A stretch of 59,777 nt of DNA, counting the filler, from Sphacelaria rigidula (Eukaryota): NCBI GenBank assembly GCA_964200075.2. It is 8 parts of 8 records of this genome, joined end to end, with 100 filler letters (N's around TTAATTAATTAA, not from the genome) between each part and the next. Parts side by side here need not be neighbours in the genome. Positions count along the whole stretch, not along the records: positions 7,486 to 14,870 come from CAXNAA020015160.1; positions 14,971 to 22,355 come from CAXNAA020015161.1; positions 22,456 to 29,840 come from CAXNAA020015162.1; 5 more parts are not named here. One strand, given 5' to 3'. Each line of letters opens with the position of its first letter. Position 1 is the first letter of the stretch. Under the pieces are notes generated by a model. It ran no database searches. It saw nothing but the letters and a program-made list of their open reading frames with translations, and was not told the DNA's origin. Positions 12,231 to 24,381 of this stretch are shown piece after piece. Position numbers and translations under genes: made by a program.

Positions 12231-12485
12231 GCCGCCGCGGTGGCTCAGTTGGTAATCTCGGTACCTTCCAACGGTTGCGTCGTGGGTTCAAATCTCGGAG
12301 CGATCTGGCATTTTTTCTCGCACTATGCTCAACAGTGGAGGCGGCTACGTCGTGGGTACAATAAATTCGACTCAATGGTCGAGGAGGGGAAGGGAGTGCT
12401 GAACCGCTTTCGCATTAAAAATACAAGGAGGCAAGCACCGCACGAGGAAGGTTGGGTACTCAAAACGTACAAGAAACGAAAAACT
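12231..12485 (+). mobile_element. tRNA-headed SINE-like element, family B
   Basis: A box TGGCTCAGTTGG, B box GGTTCAAATCT, poorly paired anticodon/acceptor stems, A-rich end. Confidence 0.6.
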
Positions 12486-12971
12486 ACTGTGTGACCCCGG
12501 CTAGCTCGCCCACATATACTGAAAGGTGTAGACCGGCGCCCATAATGATGGAACAACACCATACAGTATCGAAGCTGTTGTGTACTGCAATAGACAACGA
12601 TTTCGATACCATACGCAATACACTTCTTGCTAGTGTAAACCTAGTGCTTGTGTCCAGGGAGTGGTATTTTTAACTGTTGTAGAAGTGGCAAGCTGGGTGA
12701 TGGAAGAATTCTGCTGACGACTGCGCGGGACATGGTCTCCGGCTAATCACAGCATGAGTCAGCATGTGCATACACCTTGCAGAACCAACAAACTGGTATA
12801 GCGTCTGCGTGAAAGGGGGGACAAGTCCCATCCACCTGTGGAGTGATTCGGGGGGGGGGAGGGATATAACTGTCGTGGCACGTGCGCCAGCTCTCAGTTC
12901 TACTAGAGCATATATTATGGCGATGAGTGAGCACCAGCACCACTAGCGCCAACCGCAAAAAGGAAAGTGTG

Positions 12972-13081
12972 CACGGGTGGCCACTGGGGTGCCCGTAACC
13001 TCAAATCTGGACGTTACAGACCTTGTGCAACGTCTGTAACGTCCAAATTTGAGGTTACAGGCACCCCAGTGGCCACCCGTG
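12972..13081. mobile_element. 110-bp hairpin MITE, Tc1/mariner-like
   Basis: ~50-bp near-perfect inverted repeat CACGGGTGGCCACTGGGGTGCC...; flanks TG / TA. Confidence 0.8.
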
Positions 13082-14551
13082 TAACATAATAATTCCAATT
13101 TTCAAATTGGTTGTTGTCTCAGGCTATTCCAGATTCGGTATTGGATTTTTGTGACGGAAAAACAAGCAGAACTTTTCAAGAACTACTCCAAACATGACCC
13201 CGTTATATTCAGTACAGAATAGTACACTAAACACAACACAACTCTGTATATGAAGTACAGAGTACTACTCTGAACGCAAGACAACACAGCAGTTCTGTAG
13301 CGTTTTTCAGTTTAGAACCTGAAGACGGGCTGCATACAGTATGCATCAGCTTCTCTTGTTGCAAAATTTATAGTGTCCACCTGCTGCTGCTGTACCACTA
13401 CAACACAGCAACATTTTTTTCAGAATATGTGGTCAAACGAACAAGGCGCTTCCCACACCCATCATGTACATGCTGTAGTTGTCGCTGTGCTGTTGTGCAT
13501 TTGAACACTCTACGACGAACATGGTGTGATGTACGCTGGAGAGTGCCTGAACAGTTGTAGTGCTGCATGCGGTGTTCCGGTAAGCACAGAGTTGGGGTGA
13601 GATCAAAGTGCTGTACACTAGCTACTGTCTGTACACAAAGGTGAAACGATGAAACGATCACGTGACGACTGTGCAGCTGTCTGTTGCGTCTCCGTCCGTA
13701 CTTCAGCTATAGCCGGGTGCTGGGATCGGAGCAAGACACGCAAGGCGGACATGTTCACGTTGGGGCGAACAAACTGAGCCAGCACGGAGCTGCTCTATCC
13801 CAAGCGTTTGATGACAGGAGCTGTCTGCCTTGATGTCTGCTTGTAACCTTGTACTACTGCATGTCCGAGTGCAGGCTGTACTATCCCAATTTTTGGCCAA
13901 AACGAAACTGTGACCTACGGGAAACGCAAAAAGGTGCTCTGGAACGGTCTCAGCGAATAGAGCAAGTCATTCCAAGGTGTCAACATTCGCTCAGCCCTGT
14001 TTTTCGCGGGCAAAAACGACGGAGGAGGGTGAAAAAAGCACTTTTCAACAAGTTATATTTTTCGATATATTTCAATTTTCAAACTCGAGTACAGAGTGCT
14101 ACACTGAGCACAAGACAACACAGCAGTTCTGCAGTGTTTGTTTTAGAACCTGAAGACGGACAGCTACCACCGCAACCCTGCAGCAGTGAGCACGAGTTAA
14201 GTACAGGGATAGATGCGCTGCAGTAGCTGGTTATGCCTTATTACTTTTTTGTTGGCGAAAACTTGCATGTCTTCTCTCATGATGGGTATCAGCGACAGAA
14301 CAGCGTAGTACGGTGGGCAACGGAGTTGCGTGCACGCTCATGGATAGTGCAGTCTGTACAAAGCTGCACGTTGCTGAAGTCCTCTTCACGTCACATTGTA
14401 AGCAGGGAGAACTGATAATCCTGGGCTGTCTGCACTGCGTGTTGCCCGCTTCTCCTTCATGTCCTCCTGAATGAAACACGCACACACGCACTCAAGACAC
14501 CCTGCTTGCAAGCGGTGCAGACAGTACAGACTGTGTGTATTGTACACGAGT

Positions 14552-14850
14552 GAACATGTGCCGTGTCACGAATTTCACTGTATTTTTTGGGTCGAAAGCT
14601 TGAACACCCATCTGGACCCAACTGCATCAAAACAAGATATTTTTCGCTCAGATCGATTCCACCGCTCCACTCTTTCGACCGAAAAGACAGGCCCTAAGGG
14701 CGTGTCTTTGCACTTTATTTTTCGATCGAAAAAAACAGCGGTGGAATTGAGTCAAGTGAAAAATTCTCGTTTCGATGCAGTTGGGTCCGGATGGATTTTC
14801 AAGCTTTCGATCCAAAAAAGACAGTGAAATTCTTGAAACGGTACATGGTC
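14552..14850. mobile_element. ~300-bp long-TIR foldback MITE
   Basis: ~115-bp imperfect inverted arms; related right end at ~30233-30292. Confidence 0.75.
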
Positions 14851-15303
14851 TGTATTGTTTGCACTGCTTGNNNNNNNNNNNNNNNNNNNNNNNNNNNNNN
14901 NNNNNNNNNNNNNNTTAATTAATTAANNNNNNNNNNNNNNNNNNNNNNNNNNNNNNNNNNNNNNNNNNNNTTTATTTCAGCGTGGCAACCGAGGTACACG
15001 CAGCCCAAACACGTGAAATGGCGTAAAAGTTGCGTGGATATCCCTTGGACCAGCGATCAACTTTATTCTCCCTTTTGGGCAATCAGGCCGAACAAATAGT
15101 GAATTTGGTGATTTTGAGTCGTAATGATTTGTCCTAACCGTATGCTATTGCAACACCGGGGCGCAGTAGCGTGCAACGCCCAAAGCCGTTCAGGCAGGCC
15201 TGGACTCCCGTCATGAAGCTCTCCACAGGAGGCCGTAACCCTTAGACCGCGGTGCGGGTAGTCCATCTGGATCATGCATACTTTTTTTCCGAGTGAATAT
15301 TAA

Positions 15304-16335
15304 TCCTTTTGGGACCGACTCCCCACTAACACAGGGTTGACCCTGTGTTGGTGAAATAATAATAAAAAACAAGTCTTCGAGCGACGTGCCCAATCACGGC
15401 GAGGCGAGATTTATCGACCAGACCCGAACGACCAGCGCGGGGATTGTTGGCGAGTGTCATGCCACTGCAAAGATCGTGTGGGGAACCTATCCCTGGCCCA
15501 GATAACCCTTCCCAGGTTTCCAAGTGCAGGGCGGTCGGAACTTGGATGTATAATATGACTTGCACTCCGTATACCGTTCCCGAGTTTTCCGGTGGGTTTT
15601 TGGGGTCTCAATTCCATACTAAAACGTAGTAATTACACTAACACAGGGTGGACCGGAAAAACCGGGAAGGAGTGTACATGCTACCATGTGGTCATTTTCA
15701 CCACGCTCTAAAACCAGGTGGGCTGTGGAAAGACAAAAGGATCTACCGTCATGAATTCTGCTTATCCCTCGGCCGATGACTTGCAGTGTGCAGTTAATAT
15801 GTATGCAGTGGGCGGGGATGAAGAAACGGTATGTAGGCGGTTGATCTCGGTAGCTGAGAAATGCCCAGAACGTGCAGGGGAGTATGCAGCGGCAGCTGCT
15901 GCTTCAGTCGGAGAGGCGTACTACAGTGTACTGTACTATACTGTTACATGCATGCGTGCCGCAACACCGATACAGTTCGAAGATAATTTTCCGCATGCAA
16001 CAAAGGGGGAAATAGCGGCCCACCCCGACCACAAAGGGCTGTGTGGCAAGGTGATGGGGACAAAAGTATTATCCGAAGCCACAAGTGGCGGGCGGCCCGC
16101 CGGTCGCCGCTTCCTGTCGGAAGCTCTCTACCGCGACCCATGCTGCTTGCTACATCAGATGTACACCATTCACCTGTGCACCTGAAAATAGACTAGATGA
16201 AACTTTCGGTCTTCGTCATGACCCTGCGGTTACACACGCGTATTTTCAGCAACACGCCACTGTTTTGTGCAGACGCCAGACACGTCATTTGTGACCAGTC
16301 TCATCGGTCGTTCTGGAGGCCCGGTCTCGAAAGGG
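15304..16335 (+). mobile_element. Non-autonomous piggyBac-like element nested in a 102-bp-family MITE (outer ends 15239 and 16386)
   Basis: TTAA at 15300-15303 and 16336-16339; TIR tccttttgggaccg / cggtctcgaaaggg; Cys/His-rich coding remnant near the 3' end. Confidence 0.65.
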
Positions 16336-16581
16336 TTAAGGAAGTCATGCGTTATCAGGAGGTGACCTACCCTCGCGGTCAAAGGGTTAAGTGATGCAGC
16401 AGAGGGTAAAGACATGCACACGAAGGGTTGACGGGTATGTAGAATAAATAGGGTACAGGCCGCTGCATTCCTCTACAACGTGTAGCGGGTCGAATCACCG
16501 TGCTTTTTTTTTCTCTCTCTTTGCGTGTCTTTTCCTTCCTGTGTGTGTTTTGCTTGATGAACTGACCGCCTAACGGCACAG

Positions 16582-16708
16582 GTACACGAGCTACCAAGAG
16601 CTTCCGAAAGATATGCGACCGCAGGCGGGCGATGTGCTTGTTTTCAAGACGCTGTCGCTCAACGAGGAGACGTGGACCCCGGAGCTCTCCGATTATCAAG
16701 AGGCAGAG
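16582..16708 (+). CDS. COIL: Coilin-like C-terminal Tudor domain exon (YQELPKDMRPQAGDVLVFKTLSLNEETWTPELSDYQEAE)
   Basis: CAG/GT boundaries; resembles the coilin PxxGxxIAFKxLEL...P.VSDYKEG motif. Confidence 0.7.
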
Positions 16709-17208
16709 GTATTATTTCTGCGGACTTCCTCCCACAGGCACACACAAACTAGGGGTTTACGATCTGAAGCCCTGTCGGGGGATTTGAGAGTCCTTCTCTC
16801 AGGACCGTTCCTAGCCCCTAGTATCGCGGTTGCTCTGCGTTGCTCTGTCTTGTCTTGTCTTTCCTTGTGTCGTATTTTTGTTTATTTTTCTCCCTCTCTC
16901 TCTTCCTCTCTCTCTCTCGAGTGATTTTTCTTCATGGCGAGCAAGTAGTTTTCCGTTCATTCGTTTGCATAACCTTGACCGTACATATAAAAATATATAC
17001 GGAACATCTATCTTGTGGCAACCTCAGTTCATCATGTCATGTCTCATGTGAGACAGTCAATTCCGCATAGTAGCGGATGGATGACTGACACGAACACTGG
17101 GTCATGTAGCCGACGACTTTTTTCATGTATTTAATCCTTTCACTCAAGCCGCACGTATATTTTTGCGTGTGTACGTATGTGTATGTGTGTGTATTCGCTA
17201 GCGTGTTT

Positions 17209-17462
17209 GAGCAATGCTACGATAGGGGTTGCACTTTTTGTTTCTGGGTCTCTTGTTTGTAGAAGCCCAAATATATGGGAGTTAATGTGCACCCCAAATC
17301 TCCCGGGACCGGACATGGAGATGCACGCAGGGGCCTTTTCGTGAATCGGCATCATTTTCACTCTTTTTCAAGTCAAAATGATGCCGATTCTCAAAATGAC
17401 CCGTACAACACCCCGAGAAATACGTTCGCTAGAAAAGTGCAACCCCTATCGTAGCATCGCTC
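17209..17462. mobile_element. 254-bp MITE with GAG...CTC termini and 4-bp TSD (Sola-like)
   Basis: 30-bp TIR gagcaatgctacgataggggttgcactttt; exact TSD GTTT (17205-17208, 17463-17466); decayed relative at ~50030-50287. Confidence 0.8.
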
Positions 17463-17674
17463 GTTTGTAGAACCCTGCCCTGCGGGGCGCCGTGTTCTGA
17501 TGTTCGACGTTTTTTTATCGCTCCATTGTCTCTTTGAGCCATAGCTTCGTGACCACGGGTGCTACATTCTGGAAAAGGGCTAGTGTGAGGAACAATAACA
17601 AGTGGAAAATGACGCATACATACGTACCAGAGCATGACACTCCAGCCCGCACACCCGCGCCCGTGCCCGTGCAG

Positions 17675-17830
17675 GTGTCTTTCTTCGACCCTGACACGGA
17701 TCGCGTGAAATTCTTAGCGCCTGGCACGAGAAGTGCGATCGACGCAGTCAGGACAGCGGCGAGTGCAGACGAAAATACCGACGCCGCAGCGGACGTGGAG
17801 AACCACGCTGGAGAGACTGAGGGCGGCCAG
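17675..17830 (+). CDS. COIL: Next coilin-like exon (VSFFDPDTDRVKFL...)
   Basis: CAG/GTGAGC boundaries, phase 0; continues the Tudor strand pattern (cf. coilin ILSHNPETQQV). Confidence 0.65.
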
Positions 17831-18035
17831 GTGAGCGGCGCAAATGTGTGTGTGCGTTTTTTTGTTTCAACAATCTCTTCTGTGCCTCTCCCTATTGTTG
17901 TTGTTCGTTTCTCCTGAGGAAGCGGTTTGGCTTTTCTCACACAAAATGAAAAGGGCAATGAGTCTGTTTGAAAGATTGGTCGTTACAGTCGGTCGTTTCC
18001 CCTTTTGTGTCTGGAATCCATGGCGCGAAAAATCT

Positions 18036-20005
18036 CAGGGGTGTACACGTTACACGTTACACGTTCACGTCTACGTTACGTTCATCACGTAATTTTTTTC
18101 TAGCGTTCACGTTAAATAAAATTTCACGTTACGTAAACGTTTTATTTGAAAATTTCACGTTATATGTAACGTAATATGAAACGTTTCAACGCCACGCGTA
18201 ACGTCTAGTATAACGTTACGTTGACATCTGTCACGTTCGGATGTAACGTTTCATTATGTGCATGTCGCGGCTTATTTACCAGTGTTTGAGGCATTGTAAC
18301 GTATCGTGTAACGCGTGATGTTACCGTGTGCGTGACGGTGACGGTGACGGTGACCCGTCTGCTACTTCTCATGTATTAAAAAAACTCTATACATGAAAGT
18401 GTTTTCTGATGGATGACCAAAAACCCACTTCTTATGTCTTCAGAAGACACATTTTTATATAGAAAAAAATCTGATAACATTTTCCGATAGCCCCAATCCA
18501 TAAGAAAATCAGAATTTTCTGATCGCTTTGGGCTATCGAAAAATGTTATTGAAAACGCGCTTAAAATTCCGCCGCACGCCAACACACCCTCCAGCCCACG
18601 ACAGCAGCCATGGTGGCTTGGCTGCCATCGCCACTGCTGTCGCTGGTGCTTGCGGGCAGTCAGCTTGTCGCTTCATTGTCCTTCGCTCTCATGATGGCCC
18701 TTTACCCCATGAGAACAGCACAGGGCAGGTTCGATGACGAGTGCTGTACAAACACTCTGTATGTAGTTTGAACAGACAGTATTGCAGCTCGCAGTACAGA
18801 CTGCCCACGCACCCCAAGACTTGTAGAGACAGGACCGCACTGACTGTACACACAAGACCACAGTATAAGCAGTGCTACTGCTGTAGTGTCTACAGGGCTT
18901 GGGTGCTTGGGCAGTCTGTACTGTATTCGAGTGCTGTTTTCAACACACTGCATGCACAGACCTGAACTGAGCTACAGTGCTGTGCAAACTACAGAGTGCC
19001 TGTACAGCACTCGTCATCGACGTCTCTGTTCTGTTCTCATGGGGGTAAGAGCCATCACGCTACTGGCGACCGACGGACAATGAAGCAACACGCTGACTGC
19101 CCGCGAGCACCAGCGACAGCAATGATGATGACAGCCAAGCCATCACTACAGCCAACGCATACAATACAGTACCGTTGTGTGTACTGTTGTCCGTTCTGTC
19201 CCTTCAGTCGAGTACTACCGTGCAGTGGAAAAGCACAACCGTCACTTTTACAGTCAGTTGGTATAGCAAGGTGGTGTTCGTATTGCTCGTCTTGTGTCAC
19301 GCAGCCCACCATGTATTGCTCAGGCAATATATCACAGTAGTACAGACAGTCAGTACGGACCGTACACCACGACACGACAGCAGAGTGCTGCGTCTCTCTC
19401 GCGCGCCCCAGAATTTGAAGTTATGCCTGCACACCTAGTAGAAAACGATGAACACTGCGTTTCCAATTTTGACAGTGCGTCGATCACGTAAGACGGGCTA
19501 CTTTTTAAAATTATGTGGAAAATCGCGCTGTTCAAGAACGGCTTTTCTGACAACGTGTTTTTTTATACATGAGAAGTAGTAGCCTTGAATGTGGTCGAGA
19601 TGACTATGATGTTATCATGCAGTGCTGCAACGATAACTTGGAATGTGAGGTGTGGCGGGGAAAGCGCGAATTTTCTGCAATAACAACCATACCTTACCAT
19701 CGTCATTCAAACTAGCTCGTGTTTATTGAAGCACAATCTTCTAGGATTTCAAAATTCATTGCAAACTTGACGTTTCATCACTTCATGTGACGTGTTCATG
19801 ACGTTTCATACAACATGTAACGTTACGTGTAGCATGCAACGTCTAATGCACGTGTCACGTGCAGTAGACGTTGCACGTTACATGAAACGTTTCATATTAC
19901 GTGATTTGAACGTTTGGGCAATTTAACGTTCACGTTACGTTTCGACCAAAACGTAAGGTGAACGTAACGTGTAACGCTGTGGCACGTGTAACGTGTAGAT
20001 CCCTG
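18036..20005. mobile_element. CAGGG...CCCTG TIR element with ACGT-rich subterminal repeats and 9-bp TSD, containing nested insertions
   Basis: Exact direct repeat GAAAAATCT at 18027-18035 and 20006-20014; TIR caggggtgtacacgttacacg / cgtgtaacgtgtagatccctg. Confidence 0.85.
18362..19579. mobile_element. Nested ~1.2-kb TIR element
   Basis: ctacttctcatgtattaaaaaaa is inverted at tttttttatacatgagaagtag; internal ~165-bp inverted repeat (18610-18775 / 18980-19145). Confidence 0.75.
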
Positions 20006-20344
20006 GAAAAATCTGAAGTAATGCCAAAATAGGTTATAAGAATGACACTATGTGGCAATGATTTGGCTGGCTTGGATGTACATTACGATGCGAAAATGCT
20101 GAAACTACAGGAGGTACTAGGTACGAATGAATTGATGATTTAATGAATGACTCATCACGGAACAAGAAATATCAGGGGGAGAAAAAATTAGGAACCGAAG
20201 TGTGTCGATTACCGTCATACCCTCAACCGCCACGATCAAATATTTTAACGTCAACGATGGTCGTCACGAATGCGTACCTGTACTACGTTTTTTTCTCGGC
20301 TCCACGGATCCTATTCTCGCGGTGCCTGGCGTCAGTAGCTCCCA

Positions 20345-21455
20345 TTTCGTTTTTTTCTTTTCACACTTTAAACCCCTCCCCTCCCTTAGGACGAGTCCGT
20401 GATCTTCATGGATCAATCAACCCATCTCCCGCCCGGTATAGTACACGCCCTTCATTTTGGTCTCGCGGACTGGGTCAGCACTCCCGCATCGCATCAAGGC
20501 TCGTCAATCAAACTCAGCCAACCACTTTCAGTCTACTCACGTCCTCGCGCTTTCGACGACGAAAACCGGATATTTTTTCGCAAAACGAAATAAAAAAACG
20601 AACCCGTTATATGGCGGGAACCTCACCCTTTTTGACGGCGCAAATCGGATATTTTTTCGGAAAACATAATAAAAAATGAACGCATTTTCCGGTGGAAACC
20701 TCACGCTTTCGGCGGCGAATAAAAAATTGGATATTTTTCGGGAAACGAAATAAAAAACGAACGCATTTTGTGGCGGGAACCTCACTCTTCCGACAGCGAA
20801 AAACGGATACTTTTTCGCGAAACAAAATAAAAAAAACGAACGCATTTTCTGGCGGGAACCCCACACTGTCGACGACGAAGAAAAAATCGGATATTTTTCG
20901 GGAAACAAAATGAAAAACCAACGCACTTCCTGGTGGGAACCTCACGCTTTCGACGGCGAAAATCGGATATTTTTCGGGAAACAAAATAAAAAAAAAACCC
21001 ACGCATTTTCTGGCGGGAACCTCACGCTTTCGACAGCCAAAATCGGATATTTTTCGGGAAACGAAATAAAAAAAAACCCACGCATTTTCTGGCGGGAACC
21101 TCACGCTTCCGACGGCCAAAATCGGATATTTTTCCGGGAAACGAAATAAAAAAAAACAACGCATTTTGTGGCGGGAACCTTACGCTTTCGGCAGCAAAAA
21201 TCAGATTTTTTTCGGGAAACGAAATACAAAACCACCGCATTTTCTGGTGGGAATCTCACGCTTTCGACAGCGAAAATCGCGGATATTTCTCGGGAAACGA
21301 AATAGAAAAACAAACGCATTTCCTGGCGGAAACCTCACGCTTTCGACGGCGAAAATCAGATATTTTTCGGAAAAAAAAGAAGAAAAACAACGCACCTGGC
21401 GGAAACCGAACCCACGCCTGAACGGAGTCGGTCGGACCATTAGACCACGAGGGTG
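20345..21455 (-). mobile_element. Family A SINE expanded by an internal tandem array
   Basis: Head with A box GTGGTCTAATGG and B box GGTTCGGTTTCC at 21390-21455; family A body and tail at 20345-20540. Confidence 0.7.
20545..21390. repeat. ~79-bp tandem repeat, ~11 units
   Basis: Unit aacgcattttctggcgggaacctcacgctttcgacggcgaaaatcggatatttttcgggaaacgaaataaaaaaa. Confidence 0.95.
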
Positions 21456-22455
21456 TGACCTCTCCCGCTCGCTCTCTCTTTGTATATACAGTCGTCCCCG
21501 CTTCAAAGACGCACATGTTTTTTTTTAGAGCATAATTAAGGCGGGGAAACGTCTTTGAGATTCCGGGGACGGTAACTCTCCTTCCCCGGGGTTAACGGAG
21601 ACGTAACCTACGTCAAAAGACGCACCATTGTAGCAGGAATACGAACATGATACGAAACGCCAAAATAGTGATGACCACACCGCTGCAGGTGGTTGAAAGT
21701 TCGACTTTTTTTGTAGTGAGAGTTTACCTCTCCTCGACCTCCGAAACTGTACCATTGTTGTACTGCGAAAAGGAGCGAGTGGTGTTGCTGAACGACGTCT
21801 TCATACGACAGCGGTGTTCTGCTGTGGTTGCTGATGATTCTGTTGTGTTCGAAGCTGTGGCTTTTGTCGTGTCCTCTCAATGCCTCTCACGCTCAAAACC
21901 TCTCAGACATTTACGCCCTCAACACCCGGAAAATAACAACACTGCCGTTGCAACTATAATACGATACACTTTTATTTTGTCAAACGCTGTGTACCAAAAG
22001 CGACAACACAGAACCACCTGCGCCGGAAACCACATAAGAACATGAAGCACAAAATATTTTGAACTTGCACGTTGGTTCACCACATGGTTTCAAGCCGGCG
22101 GCAGACGAACCGCTAGCAGACGGAAGGAATCTCTCCATATGCGCATGCAGTAGCGACAGCGGCAGCAGACCGCTCTCTGTGCAGCTCTGCAGGTGCACCA
22201 CAGCAGTGATTTGGGGGGGGGGGGCGTGGGGAGTAAGTGCTACCCCTTCTTCTTTTTTTCCTCACACTTTGAACCCCTCCCCTTCCTCTGGATGAGTCCG
22301 TGGTCTCAAGGGGTCAGCCCATCTCTCCCCCGGTACGTGCCTTACATTTCGGTCTNNNNNNNNNNNNNNNNNNNNNNNNNNNNNNNNNNNNNNNNNNNNT
22401 TAATTAATTAANNNNNNNNNNNNNNNNNNNNNNNNNNNNNNNNNNNNNNNNNNNN

Positions 22456-22496
22456 TGTTGCTGTGCTGTTGCTGTTGCTGTTGCTGTTGTTGTTGC

Positions 22497-22534
<38 letters not shown>

Positions 22535-22535
22535 G
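22456..22535. repeat. (GTT)n/(GCTGTT)n microsatellite
   Basis: Direct reading. Confidence 0.95.
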
Positions 22536-23908
22536 TTACTTGCCTTTCATACCCATACTTCCGATACCCCCGTTCACTTACTCGGGACGGTCTATGACTA
22601 CAAGGGATGACTCCCATCCCCCCCCCCGACACGGTACCTGCCTGACCGTATTTCTCGGATATTGAATCATGACTATCAGCACTCTATTTATTTTCATAAT
22701 ATTAATAGCAGCCCGTCCAGTTTCGTCGAGTTTTTGTTGATTCGCGTGCCCCTTATTTTCCACGGAGGAGCACATCGCATCAAAGGGTTCCGTTCCTCGT
22801 TTTAACCTTAGTTCACTTCCTTCGTTTCCTTGTTTTTTTTGCTTCGTGTTTTTCCGTTTTCGAGTTTCCTGTAGCGAGTGGTTTCGCTTAGTTTACCTTG
22901 GGTGGATATTTGTTGCGAGCACGGCTGGATTACGACTCGTGGATCAGTTAATGTTTGACATCAATCAACCATTCGATCCGCCAATCAATCAACCAACCAA
23001 TCGGCGAATCAAGTCACTCTTCACGGCACTCGAACCCATGAACCCGCCAAAACCGATGGTGTGCCGATTTAAGCGCCGGGGTGAATGTTGGTCAGTCTTA
23101 CGAGATCAAAAACGAATACACCATTAGCTCCCTAAACGCGTTGCGTCGCCGCCGTTCTTGTTCATGGTCCATCCGTATCTATGTGCAAGCTTCTCCTTTG
23201 ACTTGATCACGACGGGAACCATTTTATCTTGCTGAAAATATCCTTTCGAGGACGGAAAGCACATTAAAGGTCAAAGTGCTGGCAGTAGTGCTAATACTCG
23301 GACATCTGACGCCACGCCTTTGATACCCCAGTGTAGCAACTGTGTGTCGTGGTAAAACTTACTCTTCGCCAAGGTTAACAAACGGTGTGCACTCGCGTCA
23401 TTCCAGATCCGAAACAGGTTTATGACGACAGTATTTACCCTCGACTCGTTGGCACCACCCTACCACAGGATTTCCATATCACTCCTTCACCCTTTCCCCG
23501 GCTCGTTCTCTCTCTCCATCCTCTCACCCCGGATCGATCGACCGCTCACTATTTTCGCTCTCAGCTGCGACGGGGAGGGTCAATTGTCCAACAGCTGGAT
23601 AATGCTGAATATTAGCGCGTTCTCGCTGTGTTTAAAACTTCAAGTTGACGTTACGAGTTCAGTAAAGATTACGGAAGTTGTGGCGGAATATTGAAGCCAT
23701 TTTGGTTCTACATCGCAATAACAGATTTCACACGAGGAAATCCATGGAATACGTTCTACTACTATTCCCACTCACCATCACCTCGCCTCCTCCCCGCTGC
23801 CGCACGCGCGCTCCTCTGTACTCTACCGACCCCCCCTCCCTTGCCCCCCCGCAAAACACAAAATTCCTCTGTTCTGTACCTCCTTTGGTTTATGGTGGAC
23901 ATGGCCAG

Positions 23909-24096
23909 CAGAGACTCGATCGATACCTCGGTGGACACGGCGGGGACTTTGACCTCGCGAGCCCTCCCTGTCGACGCCAACGCTACCTTGATGGCAACCG
24001 TCCTCTCCGAAGACCTAAATCTTACAACATCCAGCGTGGAGGTGGAATGCTGCGACGAGCAGCTTGGCCGAAAGTGGACGCTTACGTTCGAAGACG
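23909..24096 (+). CDS. Exon of large stramenopile surface protein with repeat modules and FG-GAP motif (..ALPVDANATLMATVLSEDL..GRKWTLTFED)
   Basis: GTGAGT donor, phase 1; acceptor position uncertain (23909 or 23912); DAxAxx(V/M)xxxL...WxxTF repeat pattern. Confidence 0.7.
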
Positions 24097-24350
24097 GTGA
24101 GTGTACTCAAAAGATCCATCACGTGTTTTTCAAGTAATAGTCCTCCCCAAAGAACAAAACCCCAGCCCACAACACTGTCACGAAGAAACTGATCATACAG
24201 CGCCTGATGTTTGGTTTCAGGCTGCATGAAGCGACTCATATATGGGCGGCATTAGCGAACACGAACTAAAGCTTGGGAATTTCCAGCTGCTCGTTGTGCT
24301 CGACTTTCTTCATGTCGATTTACGTGTAAATTTTCCTGCCGAAGCCAGCC

Positions 24351-24381
<31 letters not shown>

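Noticed and set aside
12231..12305. Functional tRNA gene
   Set aside because: A and B boxes are present but acceptor and anticodon stems pair poorly; better explained as a SINE head.
20545..21390. CRISPR-like regular array
   Set aside because: Units are homologous over their whole length with no unique spacers; no cas genes; eukaryotic context.
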